Shown: positions 19,639 to 30,009 of the stretch, in pieces
How positions within the stretch are numbered: the stretch's first letter is position 1
Layout of the letters: each line of letters begins with the position of its first letter
Assembly (NCBI GenBank): GCA_963777955.1
Contig: CAVZSQ010000027.1
Coordinates: forward strand, 22,603 to 86,602
Reading direction: 5' to 3'
From: Calditrichia bacterium
GTDB lineage: Bacteria > Calditrichota > Calditrichia > JAJRVZ01
Length of the DNA: 64,000 bases
Made by a program: the position numbers and the translations under genes
The notes under the pieces: generated by a model
The model's input: only the letters and a program-made list of their open reading frames with translations
Database searches by the model: none
What the model was told of the DNA's origin: nothing

Positions 19639-19884
19639 ATGGAACACCTGATCTGGTTTTTAATTATTGGTGCGATAGCCGGATGGCTGGCCGGTACAGT
19701 AATGAAAGGGAGAGGATTTGGCCTGGTCGGCAACATTATTATCGGCTGCTGCGGTGCCGTGTTGGGTGGATTTGTATTCAGCCTGTTCGGGATCCTGTCC
19801 AGAGGTCTGCTGGGTTCCCTGGTAACATCTTTTATCGGTGCGCTGATTCTACTGGCTGTTTTCGGCTGGCTTAAAAAGAAATAA
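19639..19884 (+). CDS. GlsB/YeaQ/YmgE family transglycosylase-associated small membrane protein.
   Basis: 81 aa with typical PF04226 sequence (IIGAIAGWLAG...GFGLVGNIIIG). Confidence 0.85.
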   Translation: MEHLIWFLIIGAIAGWLAGTVMKGRGFGLVGNIIIGCCGAVLGGFVFSLFGILSRGLLGSLVTSFIGALILLAVFGWLKKK

Positions 19885-19903
19885 GATAATTGGTAAATAG
19901 TAA

Positions 19904-21242
19904 TTGGTAATAAAATTGAATACACCGGCCATAAATAACTCCACTGTTTTTATCGAAACTTACGGTTGTCAGATGAATGAATATGACACGGAAATCGTTA
20001 AGACTATTCTGAAAAATAGTGATTTTATTCTGACAGATAAACCGGAAGAGGCCGGAGTAATATTTCTGAATACCTGTTCGGTTCGCGAGAACGCGCATGA
20101 TACAATATACCGGCGTCTGCATGTACTTAAAAAACTTCGCCGGAAAAATAAGAATCTGGTAGTGGGCATTCTGGGTTGCATGGCCCAGAATCTGCGCAAA
20201 GAATTACTGGAAGCTGAAGATAGGCGTTGATCTTATTGCCGGTCCGGATAGTTATAAAAAACTGCCCGGAATAATCAGGAAAGTGCAGGAGACGGGGGAA
20301 AAGGATTTTGCCCTGACCCTCTCGGAATTTGAAACATACAGCGATATATTTCCGGTTCCTGATTGCGGCGTGAACGCCTGGCTGGCGGTGATGCGCGGTT
20401 GCGATAATTTCTGCACCTTCTGTGTAGTACCCTATACCCGCGGCCGTGAGCGCAGCCGCGATCCGCATAACGTCGTGGCAGAAGTGAAAAATCTCGCCGG
20501 CCGGGGATATGTACAGGTCACCTTGTTGGGTCAGAATGTAAATTCATACCGTTATGAAAATTATGAATTTGCCGATCTGATCGAAATGGTCAGTAAAGTT
20601 GACGGGATCCGCCGCATCCGCTTCATGTCGCCCCATCCCAAGGATTTCCCCGAACGGCTGATTGAAGTGGTCGCCGGGAATGAAAAGGCCTGTAAACATA
20701 TTCATCTGCCTGCGCAATCCGGTAATGACCGTATCCTGGAATTGATGAACCGCACCTATACCCGGCAGGATTATCTGGAGTTATGTGCCAAACTGCGGGA
20801 AAAAATACCCGGTCTGGTATTGACCACCGATATCATTGTAGGTTTTCCTACGGAGACCGATCAGGAATTTCAGGATACGCTGCAATTGCTGAAAACGATC
20901 GAATTTGATGCGGCATTCACTTTCAAATATTCGGAACGAAAAAACACCATTGCCGAACGTAAATATCCCGATGATGTAACTGAAGAAATAAAGACTGACC
21001 GCATTACAAAATTAGTCGCGTTGCAGCGCAAGATCAGTTACAAAAAGAATCAGCAGGAATTGGGCCGGGTCTATGAGGTGCTGGTGGAAGGGGCGGGTAA
21101 AAAACCAGGTCAGCTGCTCGGCCGGAATGATGGTAATAAGAAAGTTGTGTTTACAGGACAGGGGCAAAAGACAGGAGATTTTGTTCAGGTTAAAATAGAA
21201 GAGGTGACACCCAATACTTTAATAGGGTTTATAGCGAATTAA
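19904..21242 (+). CDS. miaB: tRNA-2-methylthio-N6-dimethylallyladenosine synthase MiaB, interrupted by a +1 frameshift near 20218-20225.
   Basis: ORFs 19904..20230 and 20283..21242 are collinear with MiaB ([33 protein letters not shown] in the shifted frame, radical-SAM [15 protein letters not shown] end). Confidence 0.85.
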
Positions 21243-21565
21243 GAATTTTGGTTTACTATTAGAAGTAATATTATGATTATTAAAACCATTTTATTTAAAG
21301 TAATATCCGGGTAAGCAACATGAGTTACGAAAGTAAAATGCTAAAAGATTTAAAAATGCCGACTCGGAAAGAAGTTGAGCAGGCATTATTAAAATCTCTT
21401 CTTAATCATAATGGAGTAATTAAGGAATTCGGATCTGGAGAAAAAATTCTCAATTAAAGAAGTCGAAATGGTATGGAATGAAGCATCAGAAATAATAAAT
21501 TGACAAAAATAATTGTTATAAAAAAATTACTAATTACTAATTACCAATTACTAATAATATACTCT

Positions 21566-23824
21566 TTAAAAATTATACCCCGCCGTGAAATAAATCCTGC
21601 TCACGAATTTATCCCACTGCCCGACGCTCTTCGAGCCCTGGCTGAAGATCAACTCGAAGGGGCCGATGATCGAAAGAAATTTTACACCCAGGCCAAATCC
21701 GTACAGATTTTGATCTATCTGCTCAATATCCATATACTTTTCGATCCGGTAGGAACCAGCGTTAAGGATCAGTTTAGGAAAAATATCCTTGCGGTATTGA
21801 TAGGTATAGTCTAAGCGAATGTAGGAGAAATTATTGCACTGCAACTGGTTGATCTCCAGTCCGACAAAAGAATTGCTGCCGCCTTTGAAGGGGTATTTGA
21901 ACATAGGCAGATCCTGGCGGGAATCGGTGTAATAGCCGTTCAGTCTCAGGGTATGCCTGCGGCCAAAGGTCTGGTAGAAATCAGCCGCGACCTGTAACTG
22001 ATAAAAGTTCCACTCCCAACCCTGGTTTTTTAAACTGGCGTTGAATTCGGCATCGATTTTAAATCCGCTCTTCGGGTACAATGGATCGTCAATCCGGTCC
22101 AAGACCAGCTCCGAGCGGATCAATCTTATATCATCGTTCCAGGTTGGGAAATAGGCGGGATTAAGTCCTTCAATGCTCGGATAAATATTTACATTTTCAT
22201 AATTGTATTCAAATTTAAGCAGTCCGATCCTGCCGATACTAAAAGCAAATCCGGCGGCAGCGATCCTGGAAATATCATCATACTGGGCAATCCGTCTGGC
22301 CGTTTCCAGACTGTAAATATTGGCCGGTATGTCTTTGTATCCTATCCGGACATAAGGGAAAACCGGCGTATTTAAACTTCGGGAAGGGTAAAAATAAATC
22401 CAATCGACTTTTAATAAACCTGCAAATTGAATGGTAAACTCTCCGCGCAAACCGGCGAAGGGAATATTGTTTGCCCGCGAACTTATAATACCAACCAGTT
22501 TATAGGCATCATCGTAGCGAAAACCTAACCGTAATTTCCTGAGTGTCACCTCTTTGACGTTAATATGCAGACGTATATAATTCTGTTTTACCGGATCCAG
22601 CGTATAACTGATCTCTTCAAAATAACCAAGACCGTACAAGTACTGAATCCGGTCGTGCAGAACCTGTTTATCAAAATTATCACCGGCTTTCAATCCCAGC
22701 AGATTATTTATAAAACCGAATGGTAAATTGCGGTTGCCGGATATGACAATTCCATAGATGACCGGGTTTCTCTTTTCTGTAACCATTTTATTTGCAATGG
22801 CCGGCTTTAAACCTGAAACAGAATCCGCTAAGAAATTTCCATTCCCGGCAGAAAAACAGGCGTTTTTAAGATCAATTAAGTCCTGTTTATGTTTTTGAGC
22901 AGCCTGCTCTCCCAACCGGATTATATTCTCCACTCTTTCACTTTCGAAGTCGGAAATGGAATAATCCCCCAGTTCCGGTTTGATCAGCACATCGCACAAT
23001 TCACTATTCAGCAACTGCCGTGAATAATCGGTGATGACCATGGTTTGACCCAGTACGCCGATGATGGATCGTAGATCTTTTTTCTTACGCAATGAGGTAC
23101 CGACATTGACTCCGATGATAATATCCGCACCCATCATTTTCGCTATATCAGCGGGAAGGTTATTGAGTAATCCACCGTCAATCAGCAGTGAATCTCCCCA
23201 TTCAACCGGGGTAAACACGGTCGGGATCGTCATAGTTGCCCGCATGGCCCTGGCCAGTGAACCGCTGCGCAGGATGACTTCCTTGCCGGTGATCAGATCA
23301 ACGGTAATACAGCGATAGGGGATGGGCAAACGGTCGAAATCGGTTATCGACTCAGCCGCTGAAGTTAAATCGGAAAATTTCAGAATAATATTTTGACCGT
23401 GGATCATCCCGCCGGGAATAACGGGAGTAATTCCGTCCAATCCCAGTTCCAGCTGGAATTTCCCGTCGTCTTTTTTCTCCAGGTAGGGTATTTTTTCCCG
23501 TACAGGCTTGTCGGAAAATAATTCCGGCCAGTTTAATTCCAGGGCAATCTTCTCGATCTCGTTTCCGCTGTACCCGCAGGCATATAATCCACCTACAATC
23601 CCACCCATGCTGGTCCCGACAATAAAATCGACCGGAATCTGCAGTGAATCGAGCATTTTCAGGATACCGATATGGGCCAGGCCGCGCGCTCCACCACCTG
23701 AAAGTACCAATCCGATTTTGGGAAGTGCATTTTGTGCCGAAATCGTTCCGCTGAGGCCAGGGATACAACTGCAGACGCAGATGCAAATGCAAAGCGTCAG
23801 GGTGATCCGGGTTTGACTCGCCAT
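21566..23824 (-). CDS. Patatin-like phospholipase fused to a POTRA/Omp85-type C-terminal beta-barrel (PlpD-like, type Vd secretion architecture).
   Basis: 752 aa. After the signal peptide come patatin motifs GGGARG (oxyanion), GTSMGG (GxSxG) and DGG (catalytic Asp). The C-terminal roughly 350 aa are strand-like and end in ...YFTAGYNF (beta-signal). Confidence 0.8.
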   Translation of the reverse strand: MASQTRITLTLCICICVCSCIPGLSGTISAQNALPKIGLVLSGGGARGLAHIGILKMLDSLQIPVDFIVGTSMGGIVGGLYACGYSGNEIEKIALELNWPELFSDKPVREKIPYLEKKDDGKFQLELGLDGITPVIPGGMIHGQNIILKFSDLTSAAESITDFDRLPIPYRCITVDLITGKEVILRSGSLARAMRATMTIPTVFTPVEWGDSLLIDGGLLNNLPADIAKMMGADIIIGVNVGTSLRKKKDLRSIIGVLGQTMVITDYSRQLLNSELCDVLIKPELGDYSISDFESERVENIIRLGEQAAQKHKQDLIDLKNACFSAGNGNFLADSVSGLKPAIANKMVTEKRNPVIYGIVISGNRNLPFGFINNLLGLKAGDNFDKQVLHDRIQYLYGLGYFEEISYTLDPVKQNYIRLHINVKEVTLRKLRLGFRYDDAYKLVGIISSRANNIPFAGLRGEFTIQFAGLLKVDWIYFYPSRSLNTPVFPYVRIGYKDIPANIYSLETARRIAQYDDISRIAAAGFAFSIGRIGLLKFEYNYENVNIYPSIEGLNPAYFPTWNDDIRLIRSELVLDRIDDPLYPKSGFKIDAEFNASLKNQGWEWNFYQLQVAADFYQTFGRRHTLRLNGYYTDSRQDLPMFKYPFKGGSNSFVGLEINQLQCNNFSYIRLDYTYQYRKDIFPKLILNAGSYRIEKYMDIEQIDQNLYGFGLGVKFLSIIGPFELIFSQGSKSVGQWDKFVSRIYFTAGYNF

Positions 23825-23985
23825 ATTTTTCCTGTTTTTACGGGTTTTTAAACTAAATGGTTATTAAAAACTTACAATAGTTTTAAATGATTATCAATCG
23901 ATGTTGATTTATTACCATTATTCAATTTAAATTAAAAGCTTTTAAAAAAGAACCGATTATAGTTGCTGATATTTATTAAACAGAG

Positions 23986-24357
23986 TTGTATTTAAAACAG
24001 AGGAATGGAATAGAGTATGCCTATTATTGTACAAACTGTTATCCTGCTGACCTTATCAAATGTGTTCATGACTTTTGCCTGGTACTCCCATCTGCGCAAT
24101 CTGAACAGCAAGGCCTGGTACATTGCGGCGCTGGCCAGTTGGGGTATTGCCTTACGGAGTACTTATTCCAGGTTCCGGCCAATCGTATCGGCTATACTCA
24201 ATTGAGTTTACCACAATTGAAAGTGTTGCAGGAAGTAATCACTCTGTCCGTGTTTGTACCGTTTGCTGTTTTCTATATGCGGGAACAGGTAAAAATGGAT
24301 TATATATATGCCGGTTTCTGTCTGATGGGTGCGGTTTATTTTATATTCAGAACCTGA
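23986..24357 (+). CDS. DUF486/DMT-superfamily small membrane protein, interrupted by a -1 frameshift near 24150-24160.
   Basis: ORF 24017..24205 (MPIIVQTVILLTLSNVFMTFAWYSHL...WGIA) and the frame of 23986..24357 (...EYLFQVPANRIGY...QLKVLQEVITL...) together reconstruct a roughly 115-aa DUF486 protein. Confidence 0.6.
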   Translation: MYLKQRNGIEYAYYCTNCYPADLIKCVHDFCLVLPSAQSEQQGLVHCGAGQLGYCLTEYLFQVPANRIGYTQLSLPQLKVLQEVITLSVFVPFAVFYMREQVKMDYIYAGFCLMGAVYFIFRT

Positions 24358-24372
24358 CCAACGAGAAAAATA

Positions 24373-24997
24373 TTATCGGGATTTTTTTGGATAATACTCG
24401 GGATAGAATTTTTCCAGGCAATCTCCGCATAAACCGTGTGAAAACTCGGCGGAGGAATGATCCCGGACATACTACTTCCACTTCGTGCCAGTACCCTCTG
24501 TCATCCCGCATTTTTTTACAGTGTGAACAAATCGGAATCAAACCTTTTAAAGTCTGAACATGAGCGAGGGCCTCGCGTAACCGGATAATCAGTTCTTCCC
24601 GTTCATTTTCCAATTCTTTGCGCGCGGTAATATCCCGCGACAGGCCAAAAGTGCCGATGATCTTGCCGACGGCATTATAAAGCGGAGCCTTGGTCACTGA
24701 AAACCACTTGCTGATTCCATTTACCGTTGTGATCAGTTCTTCCTTGTTCAGCAGGGGTTGACCGGTTTCAATTATTTTTTTTTCATCGACAAAAGCCTGC
24801 TGGGCATGCTCCTGCTTAAAAAAATCAAAATCGGTTTTACCGATTGCTTCTTCTGCTGAAGTCAAATTCAGAAAAAGCGATTGTGATTTATTGATTTTTA
24901 CAAATTTTCCCTGCTGATCTTTGAAATAAATATTGTCGGGAATATTTTCCATCAGGGCTTCAACAAAAAACTGATCGGAAAAGGTGATCTGTTTCAA
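24373..24997 (-). CDS. PAS-domain signalling protein with a C-terminal LIPICSxCKK-type zinc ribbon. A +1 frameshift lies inside the zinc ribbon near 24465-24470; the true stop is probably at 24373.
   Basis: PAS fold (FFVEALMENIPDNIYFKD...). The C-terminus is GLIPICSHCKKMRDDRGYWHEVEV. The alternate frame continues YVRDHSSAEFSHGLCGDCLEKFYPEYY, completing the known conserved motif. Confidence 0.7.
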
Positions 24998-25383
24998 TGC
25001 ATGATCCTGCTGTATTTATCTACAATTTGTTTTAAGCGTTCTTTAATTTTTATGGAATTATACGGTTTGGTGGTTCCGTAAGCCAAAAATTGGACTACAG
25101 CATAAAATTTCTGATTAATGGGCATATCCGATATCCAGATCACGCAGCCGCGCAGACGCAGTTTATTTTCACCGGGAATAGAGATTTCCACATCAAGAAT
25201 TTCACCCGGTGGAATCAATTTTTCGCTCGCAAAGCGCAAACTGCCCCAGGTGAGATCCTCCAGAGGCTCCGGCCCCAGAAACCGGTTGATGACTTTAAGA
25301 TCGTGAACAAAGCGATAAAAGATGGCAGCACCCTTGATTTTCACGCGTTCCAGGGCACGACGCTCTTCCTGTGTATCCACCAT
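24994..25383 (-). CDS. PilZ-domain (putative c-di-GMP binding) protein.
   Basis: 129 aa with an RxxxR motif (EERRALER) and a D-x-S/T-x-x-G motif (DLTWGS). It overlaps the downstream PAS gene by 4 nt (translational coupling). Confidence 0.55.
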   Translation of the reverse strand: MVDTQEERRALERVKIKGAAIFYRFVHDLKVINRFLGPEPLEDLTWGSLRFASEKLIPPGEILDVEISIPGENKLRLRGCVIWISDMPINQKFYAVVQFLAYGTTKPYNSIKIKERLKQIVDKYSRIMH

Positions 25384-25506
25384 ATATCCTCCTTAATAAG
25401 ATATACGACATCACTAGAAGATATCATCGTCCGTATTTCTGCGATCTTTTAAAGATTTGATGAATATTGATCGGTTTTTAATCAGTAAAATCGGATATAT
25501 TTAATA

Positions 25507-27195
25507 CTAATCGTCCCTGAATTTCTTTTCTATTTCGAATACCGGCCGGATATCAACAGGCAGATGTGTCAATTTGGCAGTTAAAAGTGCCAGAGAAACT
25601 GAACTGACGGCATATTTTTCAATCAAGGTTTTAGCCCCCTGATAATCACCACGGGCTTCAATAGTCAGCAATTCGGCAGCCAGATCCCGCAAACCTGCAC
25701 TGATCTTAGCGAACTTTACTGTTACTTTCTGGGTTTGCGGATTGAACTCATACCCCCCTTTTTCCAGCAGGTAATTGTAAATTATAGCAGTACCGGCACC
25801 GTGGGCTTCATTGATGCCAAAACGCACTGAACGGAACACGCCGGCCAGAAAGGTAATATATGTCTGCTGGACTGCAGACGGAGGATAGACCCCTTTTTCG
25901 ACAAGGAATATATTATTGTACATTCCCAGCACATCGGCTTTGCATTCTTCAATCCTGGAATAGGTCTCTTTTAATTCCTTTTTTACTTCGGTTTTTTGCC
26001 CGTTAATTTCGAGCAGGCCCGGTCCAACACCGTGTGATATCTCATGCATTAAAGTGTGATTGAAGAAGGCCTCGAAAGTCACCGCCGCCAGTTGGGAAGA
26101 GTCAAGTACTATCTGCGCGATGGGATATAACAATTTATTGAATTTTGCTTCGTGGATGTTCTTCAGCATTACTTTCTTGGAGCCCTTGGCCTGGCGAACC
26201 CGCTCATCATTAGGCAGGTTAAAGGCCAGGGTCTGTACGCCGGCTTTGGTATCGCCGGCGCAGAAAACCAGTTGGACCACCACCATCGGCGATTCCTGGC
26301 CGCGGCTGGATGATTTGTATTTTTCCGGCAGAGGTAAATTCTGTTCAATTTCCGGCAAATAACTGGTCAATCTTTCCAGTTTGGCACTTTCCAGCGGATC
26401 TTTGATCGTCACAAAACTTTCAAAGGAAGCCTTGTAATTGAAAAGTTCATCTTCATACACCTCGTATGGTCCGATAACGACTTCAATTTTATGATCACGG
26501 AGATCCATCCAGGCCACGTCACTATCATAATAATCGTTGGTAGAAAAAGCTGCAGCTCGTGTTTGCAAATATTTCTGCAGCGAGGGATTATCGCAATATT
26601 CCGCTGCTTCCAGCAGATATCTGGCCAGCAGATCAAGATAGTTTCTGTAAAATTCAGAGTAGGGAATAGCTGTCAACTTATCAGCGGACCGGCGGATCAC
26701 CGTGAATTCAGATGTGAAGCGTTGTTTGTCTTCAGGATGGTGCAATATCCAGTTTTCAAATTCTCCTTTACTCATATCGGCCGGATAAAAATTTGCACCC
26801 GGGGATTTAGAACGAGTGCCGATAAACGGATTATTGTGATCCAGGCGGTCAAAGGGACCGAACATGATCGTAAAATATTCATACAATAATTTTCCCGGTT
26901 CATCCGCCAGTCTTTGTAAACTGTCGCGGATAGCTAAATTTTGATCATAAACCTGATTAAGAAAAATTTCATCGATCACTTTACCGGCCCGGTACAGTTT
27001 TTCAATCACTATTTTTTCCCGGTCATCGAGCAATGATTCATTATAACTGATCGGCGTAGCTGCAAATTGATTTATCTTGTCTTGCATACCATCTCCTGCC
27101 GCAGGGTTCTCTGCTTTGCATCCGTTAAGGCTGATTACAAATATAAACGACAATGCTAAAAAAATAGTTTTATACATACCTGCTCCTGCATTCAC
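25507..27195 (-). CDS. Putative zinc metallopeptidase lipoprotein (M49/DPP-III-like HExxH...EECxAD motifs).
   Basis: Signal peptide with a lipobox-like LNGC. HEISHG and EECKADVLG motifs are spaced as in dipeptidyl-peptidase III-like enzymes. 562 aa. Confidence 0.5.
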   Translation of the reverse strand: MNAGAGMYKTIFLALSFIFVISLNGCKAENPAAGDGMQDKINQFAATPISYNESLLDDREKIVIEKLYRAGKVIDEIFLNQVYDQNLAIRDSLQRLADEPGKLLYEYFTIMFGPFDRLDHNNPFIGTRSKSPGANFYPADMSKGEFENWILHHPEDKQRFTSEFTVIRRSADKLTAIPYSEFYRNYLDLLARYLLEAAEYCDNPSLQKYLQTRAAAFSTNDYYDSDVAWMDLRDHKIEVVIGPYEVYEDELFNYKASFESFVTIKDPLESAKLERLTSYLPEIEQNLPLPEKYKSSSRGQESPMVVVQLVFCAGDTKAGVQTLAFNLPNDERVRQAKGSKKVMLKNIHEAKFNKLLYPIAQIVLDSSQLAAVTFEAFFNHTLMHEISHGVGPGLLEINGQKTEVKKELKETYSRIEECKADVLGMYNNIFLVEKGVYPPSAVQQTYITFLAGVFRSVRFGINEAHGAGTAIIYNYLLEKGGYEFNPQTQKVTVKFAKISAGLRDLAAELLTIEARGDYQGAKTLIEKYAVSSVSLALLTAKLTHLPVDIRPVFEIEKKFRDD

Positions 27196-27776
27196 TTTCT
27201 GAATAAGCCGCTGGTTGAATTCGGTTTTTGTCCATCGACATAACCGGCATAAGAACTGCGTAAATCCATGACTGATATAAAGGCATTGGCATCGAATTCT
27301 TTTACTATCGCCAGGACTTCGTCGGATCGCTTGCGCGGGGTCACCACGTAAATAAAATCCATTTGTCCTTTTTGGCCTTTGGCGGCAAGATTGGTTACCC
27401 CGAATCCCTCCTGGCGCAACAACATGGACAGGGCCTTCAGATTTTCTTCGGTAATTATCTGCACTGCCTGCATGCCAATGGCCAGCCGGTTTTCAATGGA
27501 GATGCCGACATAATTCCCGGCGGCAAAACCGGCACCGTAGGCAATATAGGATATTACATTGTTGAGATGACCGAGAACCTGGGATACGGCAATCAACCAG
27601 ATGATGACTTCGAAAAATCCAAGCAGAGCAGCCATACCGCGCCGGCTGCGGCCAATCATGATAATACGGATGGTGCCGATACTCACATCACAGATGCGGG
27701 CGAAAAAAATAAAGAGAGGTAAAACTAAATAAGAAAAGAGACTTGCGGAGATTTGATAACCTGCTATATCTATCAT
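27192..27776 (-). CDS. UPF0316/DUF2179 family membrane protein.
   Basis: 194 aa with an N-terminal 3-TM region plus the C-terminal DUF2179 fold (VTNLAAKGQKGQ...FISVMD). It overlaps the upstream gene by 4 nt. Confidence 0.6.
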   Translation of the reverse strand: MIDIAGYQISASLFSYLVLPLFIFFARICDVSIGTIRIIMIGRSRRGMAALLGFFEVIIWLIAVSQVLGHLNNVISYIAYGAGFAAGNYVGISIENRLAIGMQAVQIITEENLKALSMLLRQEGFGVTNLAAKGQKGQMDFIYVVTPRKRSDEVLAIVKEFDANAFISVMDLRSSYAGYVDGQKPNSTSGLFRK

Positions 27777-27997
27777 GATCTATTCCTCACTTTCATAATA
27801 AATTATGAAAACCTGAATAAACAGACAATATCCAGAATGGTTTTTTTAACCCGGAATAGAATCAGAACGCCGTCAGTATTGTAACCATTTTAAATTTATT
27901 GCATCTGTTTAATACCATTTAGTATCTTTCGATCATTGTTATTTAATTATTGGTAATTTAAATTTTACTGTTCGCAATATCCGGAAGATGTAAAAAC

Positions 27998-29230
27998 ATG
28001 TTCAGACTTGATTTGATTCAGACTTTAGCCTTGTCCGGTTTGCTGATTTTTAGCGGTTATGGACTGCGCCACATTATTAAACCGTTTGATCGTTTCAATA
28101 TTCCCGCTCCGGTTATCGGGGGATTACTGTTAGCACTGATCATGCTGATCGCCCAGCAAAATGGCCTGGAACTTTTTGTTTTTGACACAACGCTGCAGGA
28201 TCCGCTGATGATCGCTTTTTTTACCACTATCGGATTCGGGGCCAGCCTGTCTCTTTTAAAAACTGCCGGTCCGCGGGTGGTCAGTTTTTTTATTATCGCC
28301 ACAATTTTTGCTGTATTGCAGAATTTGTTAGGCGTTATCTTAAGTTATCCTCTGGGGGTGCATCCTTTGTTTGGAGTCATGACTGGTTCGGTTACCCTTA
28401 CCGGCGGACCGGCTACGGGTCTGGCTTTTGCACCATTATTCGAAGAGGCCGGTGTACCGGCTGCTGCTTCGCTGGCAATTGCAGCAGCCCTGATCGGTAT
28501 CACCAGCGGTGGTCTGCTGGGCGGACCCATCGGTACTTATCTGATCGACAAGTATAAATTAAAGCCAGTTAAACAAAAAACAGGTCTGACCACTGCAGCG
28601 GCACAACCAGGCAATTCTGAAACTCAGGATCAGGGTCAGGTTGTTGACGATCCGGCCGCCGAAAGCAAGGGATACCTTCGGCTGCTTAAAAGTTGCGTGG
28701 TAATCCTGGGGGCCATGTGGGTGGGTTCATGGTTAAGCCGTTGTTTCCTGAATCTGGGCATAACACTGCCGGCCTATATCGGAGCCATGCTTGTGGCTGC
28801 GGTTTTCCGTAATATTGATGATAGCAGACACATGTTGAAACTCTCACAGCGCACTCTCGATGATATCGGCAACGTTGCGCTATCACTGTTTATTGCCATG
28901 GCCTTGATGACCCTGAAGTTATGGAAACTGGCCGATTTGGCCCTGCCGCTGCTGGTAATTCTTTTCTTTCAGATTGTACTTATCACGGTCAGTTGCCTGT
29001 GGTTTATCTATCATTGGACCGGCCGCGATTATGATGCTGCCGTGATCAGCAGCGGTTTCTGTGGGTTTATGCTGGGAACCACCGCCAATGCCATGGCTAA
29101 TATGGGAGCACTGGCGGAAAAATATGGACCGGCGCCGCGGGCCTTTATGGTAGTGCCGCTGGTAGGTGCGTTCTTCATCGATTTTACTAATGCTTTGATC
29201 ATCACCCTCTTCCTGAATTTTTGGAGATAA
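27998..29230 (+). CDS. gltS: Sodium/glutamate symporter GltS.
   Basis: 410 aa. The N-terminus (MFRLDLIQTLALSG...IPAPVIGGLL...DPLMIAFFTTIGFGASL) is collinear with E. coli GltS. Confidence 0.85.
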   Translation: MFRLDLIQTLALSGLLIFSGYGLRHIIKPFDRFNIPAPVIGGLLLALIMLIAQQNGLELFVFDTTLQDPLMIAFFTTIGFGASLSLLKTAGPRVVSFFIIATIFAVLQNLLGVILSYPLGVHPLFGVMTGSVTLTGGPATGLAFAPLFEEAGVPAAASLAIAAALIGITSGGLLGGPIGTYLIDKYKLKPVKQKTGLTTAAAQPGNSETQDQGQVVDDPAAESKGYLRLLKSCVVILGAMWVGSWLSRCFLNLGITLPAYIGAMLVAAVFRNIDDSRHMLKLSQRTLDDIGNVALSLFIAMALMTLKLWKLADLALPLLVILFFQIVLITVSCLWFIYHWTGRDYDAAVISSGFCGFMLGTTANAMANMGALAEKYGPAPRAFMVVPLVGAFFIDFTNALIITLFLNFWR

Positions 29231-29300
29231 AAAATTACACAGAGTTCCACGAAGTCCTCAGGCACGGAGTTCCACGGAGAATAAATAACCTGGTTGGGAC

Positions 29301-29338
29301 TTGGAATTTGGAATTTGGTCATTGGAATTTGGAATTTG
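29301..29338. repeat. Tandem heptanucleotide repeat (TTGGAAT/TTGGAATT)n, family member 1.
   Basis: The sequence is ttggaatttggaatttggtcattggaatttggaattt, located between the gltS stop and the DUF799-like gene's 3' end. Confidence 0.7.
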
Positions 29339-29351
29339 CTGCTGTTTTATC

Positions 29352-29991
29352 TCAGGGCAGTGTTTCAAGAGAGTTTTTGATAATTTCAAGCATCTCATCT
29401 TTTAATTCATGCTCGGTCAACCACATCTTAAGAGCTTTTTCACCTGTTTGTCTGCCAAAATCTTCTATCGATTCTTTGGCCGCTTTAGCCGGATCAACCA
29501 GCGTGCCTAATATTGTATCAAAAGTTGATTTACCTTTATCCACTTCCCGCTCATCTTCCCAGATCAGCTGATGGTTAGCGGTATACAATTTAAAATTCAC
29601 TTTTACGATTCTGGTCGAGCTGATACCAATGGTAGAAAACTCACATTCCAGCAGGTTGAGGTAGAGCAGACCATCGGCGGCTAGAATTTGCTCGCATGAC
29701 CGAATCCGGTATAGTAATCAACTGCCCGCCATCGGTGATACCCTCGAGATTTAGCAGTGAGTCGATCAGATCAGGATGTACCAGTTGAAAATCGTCTTCA
29801 TCTTCCAGTTCTTCGTATAATAGATGACGAATGACAATACCACCTTTTACGTCAGTTGTATGATTAATGGTAGGTAAAATCGCTACCCGGCCTGGTTTGA
29901 TATAATCAGGGGCTAAGAATTTAGCCTGTGGCTGACAGGCCCAACTGCAGAACAACCAGAAAGATATTATTAAGCCAGGTTTCATACACAT
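29352..29991 (-). CDS. DUF799-like lipoprotein (partner of CsgG-like proteins), interrupted by at least one frameshift near 29640-29720.
   Basis: ORF 29641..29991 has a signal peptide and lipobox (FCSWAC) followed by KPGRVAILPTINHT... ORF 29352..29600 in another frame continues (LAADGLLYLNLLECEF...KVNFKLYTANHQLIWEDERE...), matching the DUF799 pattern (...LVD.rTGe.LWe...). Confidence 0.55.
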
Positions 29992-30009
29992 ACTATTAAT
30001 TGATCGGTT

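Noticed and set aside
21500-21814. 104-aa plus-strand ORF overlapping the 3' end of the patatin-Omp85 gene
   Set aside because: It overlaps the conserved C-terminal beta-barrel coding region on the opposite strand. The AT-rich start region reflects TTACTAA repeats.
29221-29571. 116-aa plus-strand ORF containing WNLEFGHWNLEF
   Set aside because: The peptide is a translation of the heptanucleotide repeat array, and the ORF overlaps the DUF799-like gene's 3' end on the other strand.
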